Numbered from the stretch's first letter, positions 12,501 to 26,349 are shown. The stretch is DNA of 64,000 nt from Octopus sinensis (GCF_006345805.1 NC_042999.1:82956001-83020000), one strand, 5' to 3'. The notes: a model not told the origin generated them from the sequence alone. A program made the numbers and translations.

Positions 12501-13401
12501 TCCTGTAAATTTACTTACAAACCTACCCACAAACATGAAGTCTGAATACTTCAATTAATTAATCTGTAATGCCAGCAGATATTCTGATACATCCTGGCAG
12601 GTGCCCTCTGGTTATGAAGTAGACATATCTGATGGTCTGGCAATAATTGAAGAAACTAACCCAGTATATTTTTCACGCCATTCTGCCAAAAGAGCCTGTG
12701 GTCTAATGCTACCTCAGTACTTCATTGAATACAACCCCCTACACTCTAAAAGGTATTTTTAATTAGATACCACTTCCGGTACTCACCTACTCTGTGCCTT
12801 AAACATTTAGATTATAACTCTTCTGTCATGTTATACCCCAACATATCAGAAATGTACACACGGATATGCTTAACTTCCAAACAAACTACAGGTGAGAGAC
12901 GGAGGGAGGGAGGTTTGTATTATTGTCTGGAGAGGGGCATCAGCATTTAGCATTTGCTGGGCTTCATAGCAGGCAATTAAGCATAGAAGAGATATGTCCT
13001 GGTTTTGTGTCTCCTTGGATAGGGTACCAGTCTACATATATCAGTAAGATGCAAGTCTTTCCAGACATGTGGTTTTACTTAAGAAGCTTCATATCCAACT
13101 TCAGCTCCAATTTTGACTGACTAGTTCCAAATATCATACACAACATCTCTCACTCCCCTTCTTTCTCTTTTCCAGTTCTCTCATTACCTCATTCCACAGC
13201 TATCAAATTAACTTTTTAATTTCATCCTCTCTTTTTTCACCTTTTCTTTTTCTTGGCTCTTCTTATTTCACTCATCTTCAAACCACATTATCTATCTACC
13301 TATTTGTCTGTCTGATTATCTATCAACTTAATAGCTACATTCATGTGTCAGCTGTCTTGTCTTCAATATAAGCTACTCTGTGTTTTCATATATATGTATA
13401 A

Positions 13402-13911
13402 CTAGCAGTATCGCCCGGCATTGCTCGGGTTTGTAAGGGAAATAACTATATAAGCATTTTTAGAGAGTTACTTCCCTTATAGATGCCAATTTGGGCTTTC
13501 TTAGCCATTTCTGTTTTGGTGTCTTCAAGCCATGAAGTCGTTGTTCTAAAAGAACGCTGGTCTCCTTGACAACGCATTACGACGTTGATTTCCTTACACT
13601 CCCTTCCCCACAGCTTCACGAGGGAGGGAAGGGGGAGAAGCAAACAGGTGCAGCTGTGAGCGTGGACGCCAACTCCGCCACCTTCGACACACGAAAAATT
13701 ATGCATTAAAATGGAATAAAAAATGATGTTAAATTATTTTAAAAATCGTAGACTCATCGTAGACGCGCGCTAATAGCCAGACGGGCTCGATATGAATCAC
13801 GACTATAAGATACCCGAATTTGGTTAAACTGCACCGCAAAATGTGGGAGGAGTTAGGAATCTAAATCGAAGGGGACAGACACTCACACAACTAGAGTTTT
13901 ATATATATAGA
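13402..13911 (-). mobile_element. Non-autonomous Helitron, 510 bp, both termini intact
   Basis: The minus strand starts A|TCTATATATATAAAACTCTAGTTGTGTGAGTGTCTGTCC and ends CCCGAGCAATGCCGGG (hairpin) CGATACTG CTAG|T. This gives 5'-TC, 3'-CTAG, a subterminal hairpin, an A|T insertion site and no TSD. CpGs are preserved. Confidence 0.9.
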
Positions 13912-13960
13912 TGTGTGTGTAATTCTGTTTGTGTGTGTGTATATGTATGTATACATATCA

Positions 13961-14181
13961 TTGCTATTATGCAAAACGAAAAAATAGTTTCACCATTCCA
14001 TTGCAAAACCAATGTACTACACTTTGACAATTTTTGATATCTTGGCATCTGAAGCAGCTGGAGATACGATAGTTTGACCAAAAAAGCTGGCTATTGCAAG
14101 CAAAAATAAATATTGAAAAAAAAAAAAAAAAAGAACGCATTTGGCCAAATTTGGACATACAACAGTTTAACATAATAGCAA
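13961..14181. mobile_element. Possible MITE with 11-bp terminal inverted repeats
   Basis: TTGCTATTATG (13961-13971) and CATAATAGCAA (14171-14181) are perfect inverted repeats with weaker similarity extending inward. No clear TSD. Confidence 0.4.
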
Positions 14182-14722
14182 CTCTCTATATATAATGTCT
14201 GTATAATTCTGTTTGTGTGTGTATGTATTTATATATGTGTGTGTGTGTATGTATAAATACATGTATGTATACATATATATATATATGTATGTATATATAT
14301 ATATGTGTGTGTATGTATGCATGTACATATGTATATATGAATGTATATATATATATATATATAGCCTCAATGTGGTGTAAGAGCTCTATGTGTACACCAT
14401 CCACATTCCTATATAAACAATTCTTTCTATAACAAGTCTTCAATAGTATTGTTTATAGTGAAGGAGTGATGGTTAGGTAGATGATGACACAATTGTAATT
14501 TTGTATGCTTTAAATGTGGTTGTATATAAACACTATTACATTTTCAATAAGGGTCCCACTAAATAGCGCACTGCTAAATCTATTAGAAGTAATGACCAAA
14601 TCAAACCTAGTGTAGTTCTAGATACCTCTGAAAAGACTAGTTACTCGTAGATGGAATGCTTTTGACCAGGGGTTGTACACTATTGCAACCACCCATCATG
14701 CCTCTATACTGTCTCTCTAAGC

Positions 14723-14942
14723 CAGTGGTTCTATGCCATTTTTCGCCTATGGCCCCTTTTAATTTCTATTTTACTCATTCAGTCTGAAGACTCCTTAGTA
14801 TATATTTTCATGATTAAATATTATTAGGAATTGTATTTTTGTGTATTGTGGAAATATAAACAGTTTGTTTCACATAAATTCTAACAACAAAATCTTAAAT
14901 GGATCCCCAAAGGGCCATTCGAATCTTGGTTGAGAACCACTG
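14723..14942. mobile_element. hAT (Charlie-like) MITE
   Basis: CAGTGGTTCT... / ...GGTTGAGAACCACTG termini; 8-bp flanks CTCTAAGC / CTATAAGT (6/8 match). Confidence 0.8.
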
Positions 14943-16034
14943 CTATAAGTAATACTGTATAACAAATGGCTTCAGCAAAACCTACCTATCTTTCCTCCTT
15001 ATCTCTCTCTATTTGTTTATATACACCTTCATGTCTCTATATACACCATTACAGCAATCCATCACTCCTTCACAACCCACCCTGATCTCTGTATACATCA
15101 CTATATAGATCTTCAATAAACCATACTTTACTTCTTCCTTCCTCCTCCTCTGCTTCCATGCAATCACTCTCCATTTTCTAACCAACCAATACAATCAACA
15201 CAACCTGTTAATCATCCACCCATACCCATCATCCCTTTCTCTATATAACACCCCCACCACCAGCAGCAGCAGCATAACCATCAAAGTGGTCTTTTTTTCC
15301 CCCCACTCTTTGTGTTTTTCATCAAACATACTCCCCAAATGTCATTGAGTACTTTCTACACCCCACCCTGCTGTCTCCCTTGGGAATGTCATGTGGGTTT
15401 GGGTGGATATGTGTTGGTAGATTTGATTGGTTGTGTTGTTTACTGGCTGTCTGTCTGGTTGGCTGGTTGTTTTATATATATATATGCACACATTGTTTAT
15501 GATTTATGTGTGTGAGTATTGTAGAAATCTTGAATATATACACACAATAAATATATACGAATATATATAGATATTTGCACTATATTGTGTGCATGTTCAC
15601 ACAGATGTAACTTTGTGTGAATTTGTGTATGTGTGTGTGTGTGTGTATCTATGAATATACACACATAAATAAACACATATATATGTAAACATGCGTCTAT
15701 ATAAATATTCACAACATATATGCATGCATATATGTGTGTGTTTATATTTATTTCAGTTATATTTAGTCTAGCGTTTGCTAAGAAAACTAGCTTTTAGATA
15801 AATAGCTTGTTTGTGAGAGCTGTAAAAACCTAATTCATAGATGTTGTCAGTAAGAAGAGATTAGCAGGGATTTCACTGAAGAATTTAGGAGCAAGCTAGA
15901 AATGTTTGTTGGGGTTTGGTTCTAAGTCCCCTCCGGTTAATTTCTCCTGGTCGTAACATAATATAAAACCAGTTGTCTTTGCAAACTTTTGAATGCTATT
16001 GGTCTAGTTCTCGTGGCTGACTTTGAAGAATTAA

Positions 16035-16203
16035 CCCTTTAATGTTTAGTTTACTATGTCAAATGTAATACTTATTTATCTACATTGTTTTGAATTAATC
16101 ATGTGTTATTGTAGGTTAGGTGTGAGAGGCTGGATCTGATCAGTTTGAACAAAATGCAAGGAAAATATTCGGGTCAGATATGGCCATTTCAAACACTAAA
16201 GGG
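16035..16203. mobile_element. piggyBac-like MITE
   Basis: TTAA|CCCTTTA ... TAAAGGG|TTAG; same family as 28247-28463 and 61626-61927. Confidence 0.75.
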
Positions 16204-16639
16204 TTAGAAAAGTAAGTCTAAATAAGAAAAGCTTAAAGCTGGGAGGCTTTAATATTTTTCATACCAATCCACCCATGACTGTCACTAGTTCTGTAGTACA
16301 AGCTTCCTGTTTTAAAGTGATCTAAATTAAAATCTTCCACTGGTATCTCATGTGACTTTACATTCCAGATACCAGCTTAATAAGGACAAAGTTATTTTCC
16401 TAATTTTTTCTCATTATTTTAAAAATTGATTGAAACTAAAGAAGTGTTTTTCAACAGAAATTTGGTAACAAAAGGTTTAAAATGGATATTGCAAAGACAA
16501 AGCTGGGGAGAAGATGAGACTCACTTGCCATCAAGAATATGGCCATTCATGATATGCAGAATAGGAATGGATAAGATTCAATACAGCTGATCCAGCTAAA
16601 GGTATTGATGCCTAAAGGATACTATGAGATCACAAGTAG

Positions 16640-17040
16640 GTTAACAGATGGACTTTGTAGTGTATGTAGTAATGAGTGCTCTGAGAGCATAGTACATAAT
16701 TAAGAACTAAATGGGAAAAGTTCAAAGAGTGATATATCCTTTGTTGCCAACAAAGGAATTGTTTTCTGCGAGTGAAGGGCAAACTATATGCAAAGGCAGG
16801 AGAATATTGAGCCAAATATATTTCATTAGGTATGTAATATCTAGTGTGAATGAGTGATGTATCACAAATGCACTAAAATGGAAGCTGGATGTATGAGAAT
16901 TTGGTTGTATTCTGTAAGAGATGAAATTGTCTGATATGGACATGTAATGTGTGTGGAGTATGACATAGGTGAAGATGTACTTAGCAATACAAATGGAAGG
17001 AACTTGTAGAAGACAAAGATATGAGAAGGAATGAAGGCTT
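16640..17040 (+). mobile_element. Fossil RTE-clade LINE, RT/thumb fragment
   Basis: Degenerate reading ..CSESIV..RTKWEKFKE ... FLRVKGKLY ... and GATATGGGACATGTAATG (YGHVM-like) matches recalled RTE ORF motifs (GCSESIVARIRIGWKKFREL...LRVKGRLY...RWYGHVMRM). Confidence 0.75.
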
Positions 17041-17659
17041 ATATCAAAATGCTAAGGTAACCTTTGCATAGTCACTTCACTTGCTAGAAAAAATAGCTGC
17101 TAAATTCACTCAAATGACATACTACCATCTCAAATGACTTCCTATCACCATGTTGGATTAGGAGTTCTTGGATTTCTTGTATATAGGAAAAAGATGGTAT
17201 GGTTATGGCTGGAATGCCTTTAATGAGGGGTCTGCTTGATAAGGACTGAATTAGGGCTAAGAGAACTGAACATGTGGTGAGATTCTGTATTGAGTAGGGA
17301 AAATTCATCCAACCCATACAAGCAAAGAAACATCAAATGATATAATATACATATATGCACCCCTCTATATATATATATGTTTGGGTATACATACAAGAGA
17401 AAGCTACTCAATACCTGTAGTAGAATTATTTGTTCAATGCTGATGATTTACTCTCTCAGGACTCAGTATCTCACTGTGTGTTATGCTTGAGGCACCAAAA
17501 AGATATTTTTTTATTTTCTGTTTATTTTCATCTTGTAGAACTGCACTTAACAAGGAACTCTAGGAAGTGACAGAGTTAATTATCAGCTTTGAACAAATAT
17601 ATATTTGTGTATGTATCTTATCATCTTCAAACCAATATATATATATTTGTGTGTGTGTG

Positions 17660-19122
17660 TATTTTATCAGTTTTATCTGCTCCTAAGTATTTATCATCTA
17701 ATTCTCTGATTTTTGTGTCTGTAGTTAATTTAATGTATTCAGTTTTAGTTAATTTGCTTCATATTTTAGTAGCTTTGGCACAATTGTCTCATCTTGTATT
17801 CATTTTTATGTCTTGTCTGAATTTCTGAACTAATTTCAGTCGGTCTACCAAATGGGTATTGTTGGCTTGTAAAATCATTCATACAGTGTGCCTGTAATAT
17901 CTATAGCTATTAATGGTTTTGTTCAACAGATTTACTAACAAAGTTAGAGCAAAGCAAAAGAATAGGTGGGATAATGAAAGATTATTTTTCATATGGATAT
18001 AATGCTGGTTTTAATTAGCTTCATTTTGCCTTGTAGTGATATTTTCATTTTCTGGTTTGACATGGCATGGTTGATGTATTTTGTTAGTTTATTCATATGA
18101 AGTGTCTCCAGTATCCCAAAATCTGGTGTCTTGGTAAATGCTTTTTGATAATCAATCCAAGCCATACTAAAGTGTTCGTTTTTCCTCTTTTCGCTATTAT
18201 CTGTAACACATATAGGCTACCACTTTCAAGAAACCGACTGTCTGGGACATGGTTCATCATCAAGCTGGCCACATTACTAAAAAAAAAAAAAAAAAAAAAA
18301 AAGCAATTTTTCATTGAGCATACCATGCAAAAATTCCCCATAGACTACAGTTTGCCCATGACTGGTCTATTATAATCCAGTGCTCTTTGCAACTATAAAC
18401 TTCCTTTTGGCATCCTTTCTGCTCCTCTCCAAATAAGTGACTAGGTAACCTGTTGAGGGTATGTTATATAAAGGTTTCTTGTTTTTAACAATCAGTTATT
18501 GACTCATAGTTGTGCAGGGTCTCTGAAATTTGAACTTTTGGAGAATTAATATTATTTCACCTTAAGTAGCCATTCCAATATTCATCATTTTGCTTACCAG
18601 TTCATTGAATGCTGCCAATATTGGTTTAGGTCAGGTGCTTCAGCCAGAACATAGAAACTTTACTGTTCTTAACATCTTGGTAGCTATGGTTAGCTATGCT
18701 TGCACTACTGTTATGTGTGTGTGTGTGCTTATATATATATATTATATATATATATATATATATCAACAGACTTTCAACCACAACACATATTTTGATATAT
18801 ACTGAGTGGATTCTGCTTCCTCGCATAGCCACCACAAACAGAAAGGATGTGATCAAAACCGAAAATTTGATCAAAACAGAAACATTATTAATATACCACC
18901 TGATGAAACACAAGATCTCACAAAGCAGGGAAACTGTTACGAACCTGGAGAACTACATTGCATGGAAACAACTCTTTTACTTGTTTCAGTCATTTGCTGG
19001 AGCACCACTTTTAGTTGAGCAAATCGACCCCAGGACTTATGTTTTGTAAGCCTGGTCTCTTTTTGCCAACGTAAACACACCGGTATCAGTTGCCAAGCTA
19101 TGGTGGTGGGGAGAACAAACAT

Positions 19123-19166
<44 letters not shown>

Positions 19167-20130
19167 GACAGGCTTCTTTCAGTTTCCGTCTGCCAAATCC
19201 ACTCACAAGGCTTTGGTCGGCCCGAGGCTATAGTAGAAGACACTTGCCCAAGGTACCCGCAGTGGGGCTGAACTCGGAGCCATGTGGTTGGTAAGCTAGC
19301 GACTTACTACACAGCCACTCTTGCACCTACAACTGTAGTGATTACAAATAAATATTCCTCTGTACTCCTTCTTGTTGATTCCAACTTATTCAATTATTCA
19401 TTCACCTTACAGAAGCCTCAACACAAATCTGGCAGTTGGTATAATACTACTGTTGGATATCACTGGGTGAAATCTGAAAGTGAATGAACTTTATACTGTA
19501 CTCTATTACATTCTTAACAGATTATAACCTAACTATATATACATGTGTATGTATATATATATATAAATATAAAACCCAACATGCTTTTGTATTGTGCCAA
19601 ATGTTTTTGTTCCATATTTTCTCTCTACGCTTGAATTTTCTTTGATATTGGTGTGTTCTCCTTCAGTGTAATTTTTTTTTCTTTTGTCCTTCAAACATTT
19701 GTTGGTATTTGATTTAAAAAATTTGTTCTGGAAGAAAAGCACATGTTCTTTGAAGCATCTTACTTTGTATCCCTATGGTGATATGATTTAAGAATTCTTT
19801 TTACTTCCATAGGAAAGGTTTTCTTTTTTGTCTATTTGAAATTATTTTTTGTTATTTGGGTATTTTTTAATGTGGTGGATCTATCTTTTTCTATTTCACT
19901 AAGTAGTGGCATATCTTTTATTTCTTTTCGTTTTATTTTCAGTTCTGTCATTTATTTTGTTTCCATTATTTTTACATTTTGAAGTTTGGGTAAAGCTGGT
20001 CCTACTTTGTTAGCATCAAATCTGGTTTTTCTCAAGACTACCCTTTTTTGGAAAAAATTAAATTTTCTTTTCTTTAAAGAAGAAAAAGTTCTTATACTTA
20101 CATATTTTCAATATGGCTTCTTTCACTAGA
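17660..20130 (-). mobile_element. Fragmented Dong/R4-type (RLE-clade) non-LTR retrotransposon ORF: pre-RT and RT regions
   Basis: Collinear minus-strand motifs: RPALPKLQN (~20010), QNKFFKSN (~19720), MFWLKHL (18632-18652), LFGEEQKGCPKGS (~18420), SMAWIDYQKAF...ILETLHM (18100-18168), then DDF-like and KYLG (17681-17692). Interrupted by a SINE (18972-19325), microsatellites and an hAT-like end (~18300-18370). Confidence 0.85.
18972..19325 (-). mobile_element. CORE-type SINE inserted in the Dong/R4 LINE
   Basis: Reverse-complement full copy with internal (CA)(TA) tract. Confidence 0.88.
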
Positions 20131-20652
20131 AGGGCAGTAAATTGTATTAACAAGAAAAGAGTAGCACAGGATGTGTCCCTCCCTTAGGAATGATATACTG
20201 AAGAATTTTTAAAGACATGAAAATAGGTTTAAAAACAATAAACAGAAATAAAATGACAAGGAAACAAACAGATATGCTTGCAATTAGTGTACAGTATGAC
20301 AACCAAAAATGCAATGTTACACAAAAATAATTCAAACTTGTACAGCATTTAGAAGAGTACTAAGAACAACTTTGCCAGGATTATATGCCAAAAGGGGAAC
20401 TTTATGTATAAACTGAATCCAGTTACAGAAAAAAACAAAACAAAAAAAAACTGGCAGTTATATCACAAAATGGTGTACCTCTTTACCTAAATATTCTTTG
20501 CAATTGGAAAAGTATTATTGCTTACCACAAGGTTATTGTTGAGTTGACATTAGAAACTTTAAATTTTTTTTCCTCAGATATAACCCTTACTTTTAACTAA
20601 AGTGAAAAATATGAATACATCCCTATTTTGTCTGTGTATTGATAGTTTAGAT

Positions 20653-20912
20653 CAGTGGTTCCCAAACTTTTTTGGGTTGCCACCCCCTTGGCACCCAGGT
20701 CATATTCCTAACACCTCTCCCCACTCACCACCACAAACATAGACTACTTTCTGCAGCAAATTCAAAACAACTGTTTTTCACAAATAAAACTTAACCTAAT
20801 TAAACCATTATTTTGTTGTTTTTTACATCCATTGCCTCCTTTTGGCCAACCCATTATCACCCCCACTTAACTCCAATGCCCCACCCCCAAATCTTTCCCC
20901 AGGGGGAAACTA
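20653..20912. mobile_element. hAT-type MITE (right end degenerate)
   Basis: GTTTAGAT|CAGTGGTTCCCAAACTTTTT; right end ...GGGGAAACTAC. Confidence 0.55.
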
Positions 20913-20931
20913 CTTTCTAGGTTAGTTAGAT

Positions 20932-21184
20932 CAATGGTTCTCAACCATTTATTTTCCTATGGATCCCTTTGATTCCAATTTTACTCCACTCAATCCTAAT
21001 AAACATTCAACGTTTAAGAAAATTCCGTCATAGTTTTATAATATTAGGAATTATCTAAAAATATTGCTAAAATTTGAGCAATAAATTGGTCATACTTCAG
21101 AAATACACGAAATATTTCAACAGTAAAATCTTATGTAGACCCACCACCACAAAGGGTCATGTAGACCATGGTTGTGAGCCACTG
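20932..21184. mobile_element. hAT (Charlie-like) MITE with 8-bp TSD
   Basis: AGTTAGAT|CAATGGTTCTCAACC ... GGTTGTGAGCCACTG|ATTTAGAT (TSD 7/8 match); internal similarity to 14723-14942. Confidence 0.82.
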
Positions 21185-21699
21185 ATTTAGATAAAATAGA
21201 TTTAACATGGTGTCTCTTTGGATTCTAAGTTCAAATCATGCCGTGATCAACTTTACCATTTATTCTCTCACAGGGCAATAACAAGAATAATTATTAAGTT
21301 CTGCTGTTCATTTAATTGACCATTTATCTGTGACCTTATACCGCCATTAGAATCTTGCTCTTTGACACCATTCTCTTAAAGGGTTTATTGATATCTCTTT
21401 ACATTCTCGGTCCTCATCCTGCTGTGGTCAACTTCACTTTTATTTCTTCTTAGGATTTTGGGATGGATGGGGGGTACGATATAAATAGATACCAGTAATG
21501 TACTATTTGTCAGTTTTATTGACTATAAAATTGATCTAGCTCTTATGCTAGAAACTGCTGTCTTGTACTATTTTATTACGAAACTTCATACGAAAATAGC
21601 CTTACAATGACAGGATAATAAGTCTATTATGGAAATTCGGCTTTACAGTTGCAGAGCTGTATTAGTGAGGAAGTGAAAATAAGAAATTTTGTTCCTCAC

Positions 21700-22580
21700 G
21701 CACATCTCTCTCCCTCTCTCTCTTTCTCTTCTCGCCTCTTTTTCACTGCTGGAATTTGGAATCTCCTTTCAAGAAATTCACTTAAGTCAAGTCAAGTCAA
21801 GTCAGACTTCAGCTTCAGCTCGTCTTACCTTCATGCTATCCTTTTTCTTTTTAATACCTTCAGTTGGATACATCCATCACATCATACAAATCATCATTTT
21901 CCATCCTTCTTTGCTCTGTTCTCTCTTCTCTCTCTTTCTCCCTCCCCCCCACTTCTTTTCCTTCTATTTCATATTCCACCCCACTTCCTTCTTTCTGTTT
22001 CTGCCGATGATTTATTTAATAAGAAAAACTTTTTTTTTTTCCCCAGTGATCTTATTCCCTCCTATATTCTCCCCACCCCCATCCACTTCCCCTCCAATCT
22101 CCTTCAACAGTCTTATTCTTCTAAAATCATGTCATTTATTCATATTCTTTTTCTTTTTTTTTTTTTGTATGGCTTCTTGCAATCTTCTGCTCAGTTTTGC
22201 ATATATCTTTCTTCATTTCGTTCCAGTTTCTTTCTTCACTATTATTTCTTTTCACTTTCTGCATCTTTACCTTTTATTCACTTTCCTTTTTCTCTTTCAT
22301 TTATCTTATTCCAGCCTTGTTCATCATCCTTCTTTCATTTTCATTCACTTTCCTTCTTCAATTTTTTTTTTAATCTTATTCCTGTCACCCTATCTCTTTT
22401 TTATATTTCTTACCAATTTTTCCCCAAATTTTTTCGTTCTTCATTTGATTTCTTTCATTTTTATTTTGCAACAAGTTTTCCTTTCATTTTCTTCCTCCTT
22501 ATTCCTCATTCTTTATTTTCTTCATAGTTATTTTTTCCTTTCCTTCTGCACTTTTTTCCCCGCTCAATTTTTTTCTACCT
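21700..22580. repeat. Long pyrimidine-rich low-complexity tract
   Basis: About 0.9 kb of C/T-rich sequence on the + strand. It is the source of the spurious F/S/L-rich ORFs. Confidence 0.9.
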
Positions 22581-22804
22581 GATATTAGAGCCTAATCCAG
22601 CAATGGAGCCTCTAAGTAACTGTTCAGACTGCTAGAAATAGCAACTAAATCTCCTTTGGATCACCTCATGATGTCTTCCTTTTGAAAGAAGGGACACACA
22701 TTGAACAGTTTAGTCCTTGATATACAAAACAATGGAATGGTCTTGGCCAGAACATCCTTACATCAATGCTTTGCTGAAACAAGGTTGACCAAGAGCAGTA
22801 TTGC

Positions 22805-23215
22805 AACTCCTACTACTATTGTTACAGTACCACAACCACCACCACCACTGCTGCTGCTACTACTATTTATATTAGTAATGGTAGTTGAGGTGGTGGTAGT
22901 AGTAGTAGTAGTAGTAGCAGCAGCAGCAGCAGCTATTAGTAGTAGCAGCAGCAGCTATTAGTAGTAGCAGCAGCAGCTATTAGTAGTAGTAGCAGCAGCT
23001 ATTAGTAGTAGTAGTAGTTGTAGTAGTAGTAGTAGTAGTAGCTATTAGTAGTAGTAGTAGTAGTAGTAGTAGTAGAAGTAGTAATAGCTATTAGTAATAG
23101 TAGTAGTAGTAATAATAGTAGTAGCTATTAGTAGTAGTAGTAGTGGTAGTGGTGGTAGTAATATTAGTAATAGTAGTACTACTGCTGCTGCTACTACTAC
23201 TACTACTAAGCCTTT
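22805..23215. repeat. Compound (CTA/CTG)-(TAG/CAG) trinucleotide tract with a higher-order GCTATTAGTAGTAG unit
   Basis: GCTATTAGTA recurs about 7 times between 22932 and 23135. Complementary (CTA/CTG)n tracts lie on both sides. Confidence 0.9.
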
Positions 23216-24304
23216 ACTGTTACTATTCTACAATTACTACTACACTTTACTTTCTATCTCCTTCCTTTACCTTTTCCTGCTGTATTTGGCCTCTACATCC
23301 ACCCCCACCCCTAACACTATCACCTTTGCTAACAGATTTCTCCTCTCCATCTTTTCCTTTCAGAGCCCTACACTTCCATCAATAGAATGTTTTTTTTTTT
23401 ATTTTTGTTTCTTGTTTTGTTTTTTTTTTTCTTTATCAACTTAAACATTTCACAATTTTCTATTGATAAACTCCCACATAACATCACACACACCAAACAC
23501 ATTGCACTTGTCTGCTAAACACACATACATACATATAAACACATGCACACACACACACACACACGTGCATGTGCATATATGTGGCATGCGCACGTATTTT
23601 TGCATGCTCGCTCACATGTGCATATGCATACATAAATATATGTAATCTGACACCTGCATGTACGAGTGCCTACATAAATGCATGCTACGCATGCATGCAT
23701 ACATGAATATATATATGCACTCTTGTGCACATATATATACTCATACATACAGTACCATCTTCCTATCTTAAATACACAAAAATGCATGCGTGCGCAGACA
23801 CATACACACACACACTCTGAAAGCCAACTTCATATTTGATGCATGCACACATCAACACGCATTGCTATATTTTTATTTAATTTCAGTGCAATCATTTTTT
23901 TAGCACTTTTAAATTATTTTACCATCTCTCCTACCCATTTACATCTCTCTCCCTCCCTCCTCTTCCCTCGCAACCACCTTTTTTTTCTTCTTTATTCCCC
24001 CCCCCCTCCTTATTTATATATTATTTATTCCTTCTGATATTGAAATTTTTCTCTGCCTTCCTCTGCAATGTTTGATTTATGAAACACCCACTCATACTCT
24101 TACATTTTATACATACATGTGTGTATGTAAGAGAAAGAAAGAGAGAGACAGAGAGAGAGATACAAAGATAGACAGATGCACATGTATCTTTCTTTTTATT
24201 ATAAGATAGTGTTTTTTCTTATTCTCTTATCTCTTTCATCATTTTATTGGTCTCCTGAGTGTGTAATTAGTTATGTCTAATTATCTAGCAATTTATATGT
24301 ATAT

Positions 24305-24720
24305 TTGTCTGTAGATATTTATGTTTTTATCTATCTCTATATGTATATCTATCTATATGTATATATATTTATATTTCTATATCTATCTATCTACCTCCAT
24401 GTAATATCTGTATGTATATATATCTCTATCTGTTGCATATCTATCTCTTTCTCTATGATTATCTATCTATCTCCATCTATCTATCCATCCATCTTTATCC
24501 ATCTATCTATCTATCTATCTATCTATCATCTATTTATCCATATATCTATCTATATCCATCTATCTGTCATCCATCCATATCTATCCATGTATCTATCTAT
24601 ATATCTATCTATATCTATCCATTTATCTATATCTATCAATCCATCTATCTATATCTATCCATCCATCTATCTATATTTATCAATCTCTCTATATCTATCT
24701 ATCCATCTATCTATTCATCT
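24305..24720. repeat. Degenerate (TATC/CTAT/CCAT)n microsatellite
   Basis: Direct inspection. Confidence 0.92.
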
Positions 24721-24914
24721 GAAGCCAAGGGAACCTCCTTGATCTTATAGAAGTAGGAGTCAAATATCAAATCACACCTTACCATCTGAGAAAGAGTTGC
24801 ATTAGACAATGTTGACTCAGGTTCCTTGCATTTTGGTAAAAGAACGGTTTGGCCACATTGGAATGTTTTTGGCCATAGTTTTTCTTGATCAAGACTGACC
24901 TGGAGCATATTCTT

Positions 24915-25270
24915 TATTCTTTACTTGTTTCAGCTTTTGTACTGTGACCCAAGTTCGGGCACTACCTTGAAGGGTTTAGTTGCACAAATCCATCTTAGTA
25001 CTTATTTCTAAGCCTGCGACTTATTTTATTGGTCTGTTATGTTACAAGGATGTAAACAAACCAGCACCGGTTGTCAAACAGTGGTGGGAGTCAAAACAAC
25101 ACACACACATTCATACACACAAAGGGCTTCTGTCTACGAAATCCATTTACAAGGGTTTGGTTGGTCTAGGGCTATAGTGGAAGACATTTTCCCAAGGTGC
25201 TGCATGGTGGAGCTGAACTCAAGACCACATAGTTGAGAAGCAAGCTTCTTATCACACAGCCACACCTGCA
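24915..25270 (-). mobile_element. CORE-type SINE
   Basis: Reverse-complement copy, tail to head. Confidence 0.82.
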
Positions 25271-26042
25271 CCTAGATGTAGACAATCTCTAGTTTCCCAT
25301 GATGCTAGATTTTGTTTTTTTCTTCAGGTGTCGCAGTCTATTCATCCATTTATTGATACTACCTGTGGTATCTCTGTCTGTCTGTCCTCTCACTGCTATG
25401 TTCTTTGTCTGTCTACCTGTTAGTCTGTCTTCTGTCTTCCTGCCTATATATACCTCTACCTACCCATTTATCCATCTATTCAATCTTTTACCTACTCTAT
25501 CCATCCATTCATCCACCCATCTTTCAATCACTCAAAACCTTATTAATCTGACCCCACCACCACCACCACCACACACACATGCACTCCACTCCCTACCTTT
25601 TTTTATAGCTAATACTTCCAATATCACATTCCACCACTTTCTTTTACAAGACTGCAACCAAGATGATGATAATATTAATCATAGATGTATTTTTCTTCTT
25701 CTTCTTCTTTTCCCTCCTCTTCCCCAGAATGTCTCTTAACGGTTCCCTGGTCACCTGAGAATCCCCAAACTGTCTTGAAACTGTCAGTTCTGAACTCCAT
25801 AAACCTTTTCTGTTTTATGGGGATGTTAAGTATGAGCGAGTGAGGAATGGATGTGTGGCTGTGATTCTGATGAAAGTTCCCCTCTTCTGTTCATCTCCCA
25901 TTTTTTTAGCAACTCCTTGTTGATGTTTTTGCCGTTTATTTATCATATTTTAATTATTTATTTATTTGATTTGATTTTTCGCTGCCTGCCCCCTCTCACT
26001 CTCTCTTTCTCTCATTCTATGTCTTAATGGGGAAACTTGAAG

Positions 26043-26096
<54 letters not shown>

Positions 26097-26256
26097 CTAT
26101 CTATCTATATATATATAGATATATATACATATATATATGTATTGTGTGTATGTGTGAGGGAGAGAGAGAGAGTATTCAATTTGTCCCTTGTGTCTCACTA
26201 TTTCATTCTCTCTGCTGTATGCATGTCATCTTATTAACATCTTGTTTTTTCTCATG

Positions 26257-26349
<93 letters not shown>

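Noticed and set aside
20526-20596. 71-nt minus-strand exon candidate LKVRVISEEKKFKVSNVNSTITL
   Set aside because: Plausible splice signals, but an open frame of this length is common by chance and nothing else supports it.
21649-22582. ORFs of 292 and 297 aa
   Set aside because: Pyrimidine-rich low-complexity DNA lacks stop codons by composition. The same applies to 54951-56632.
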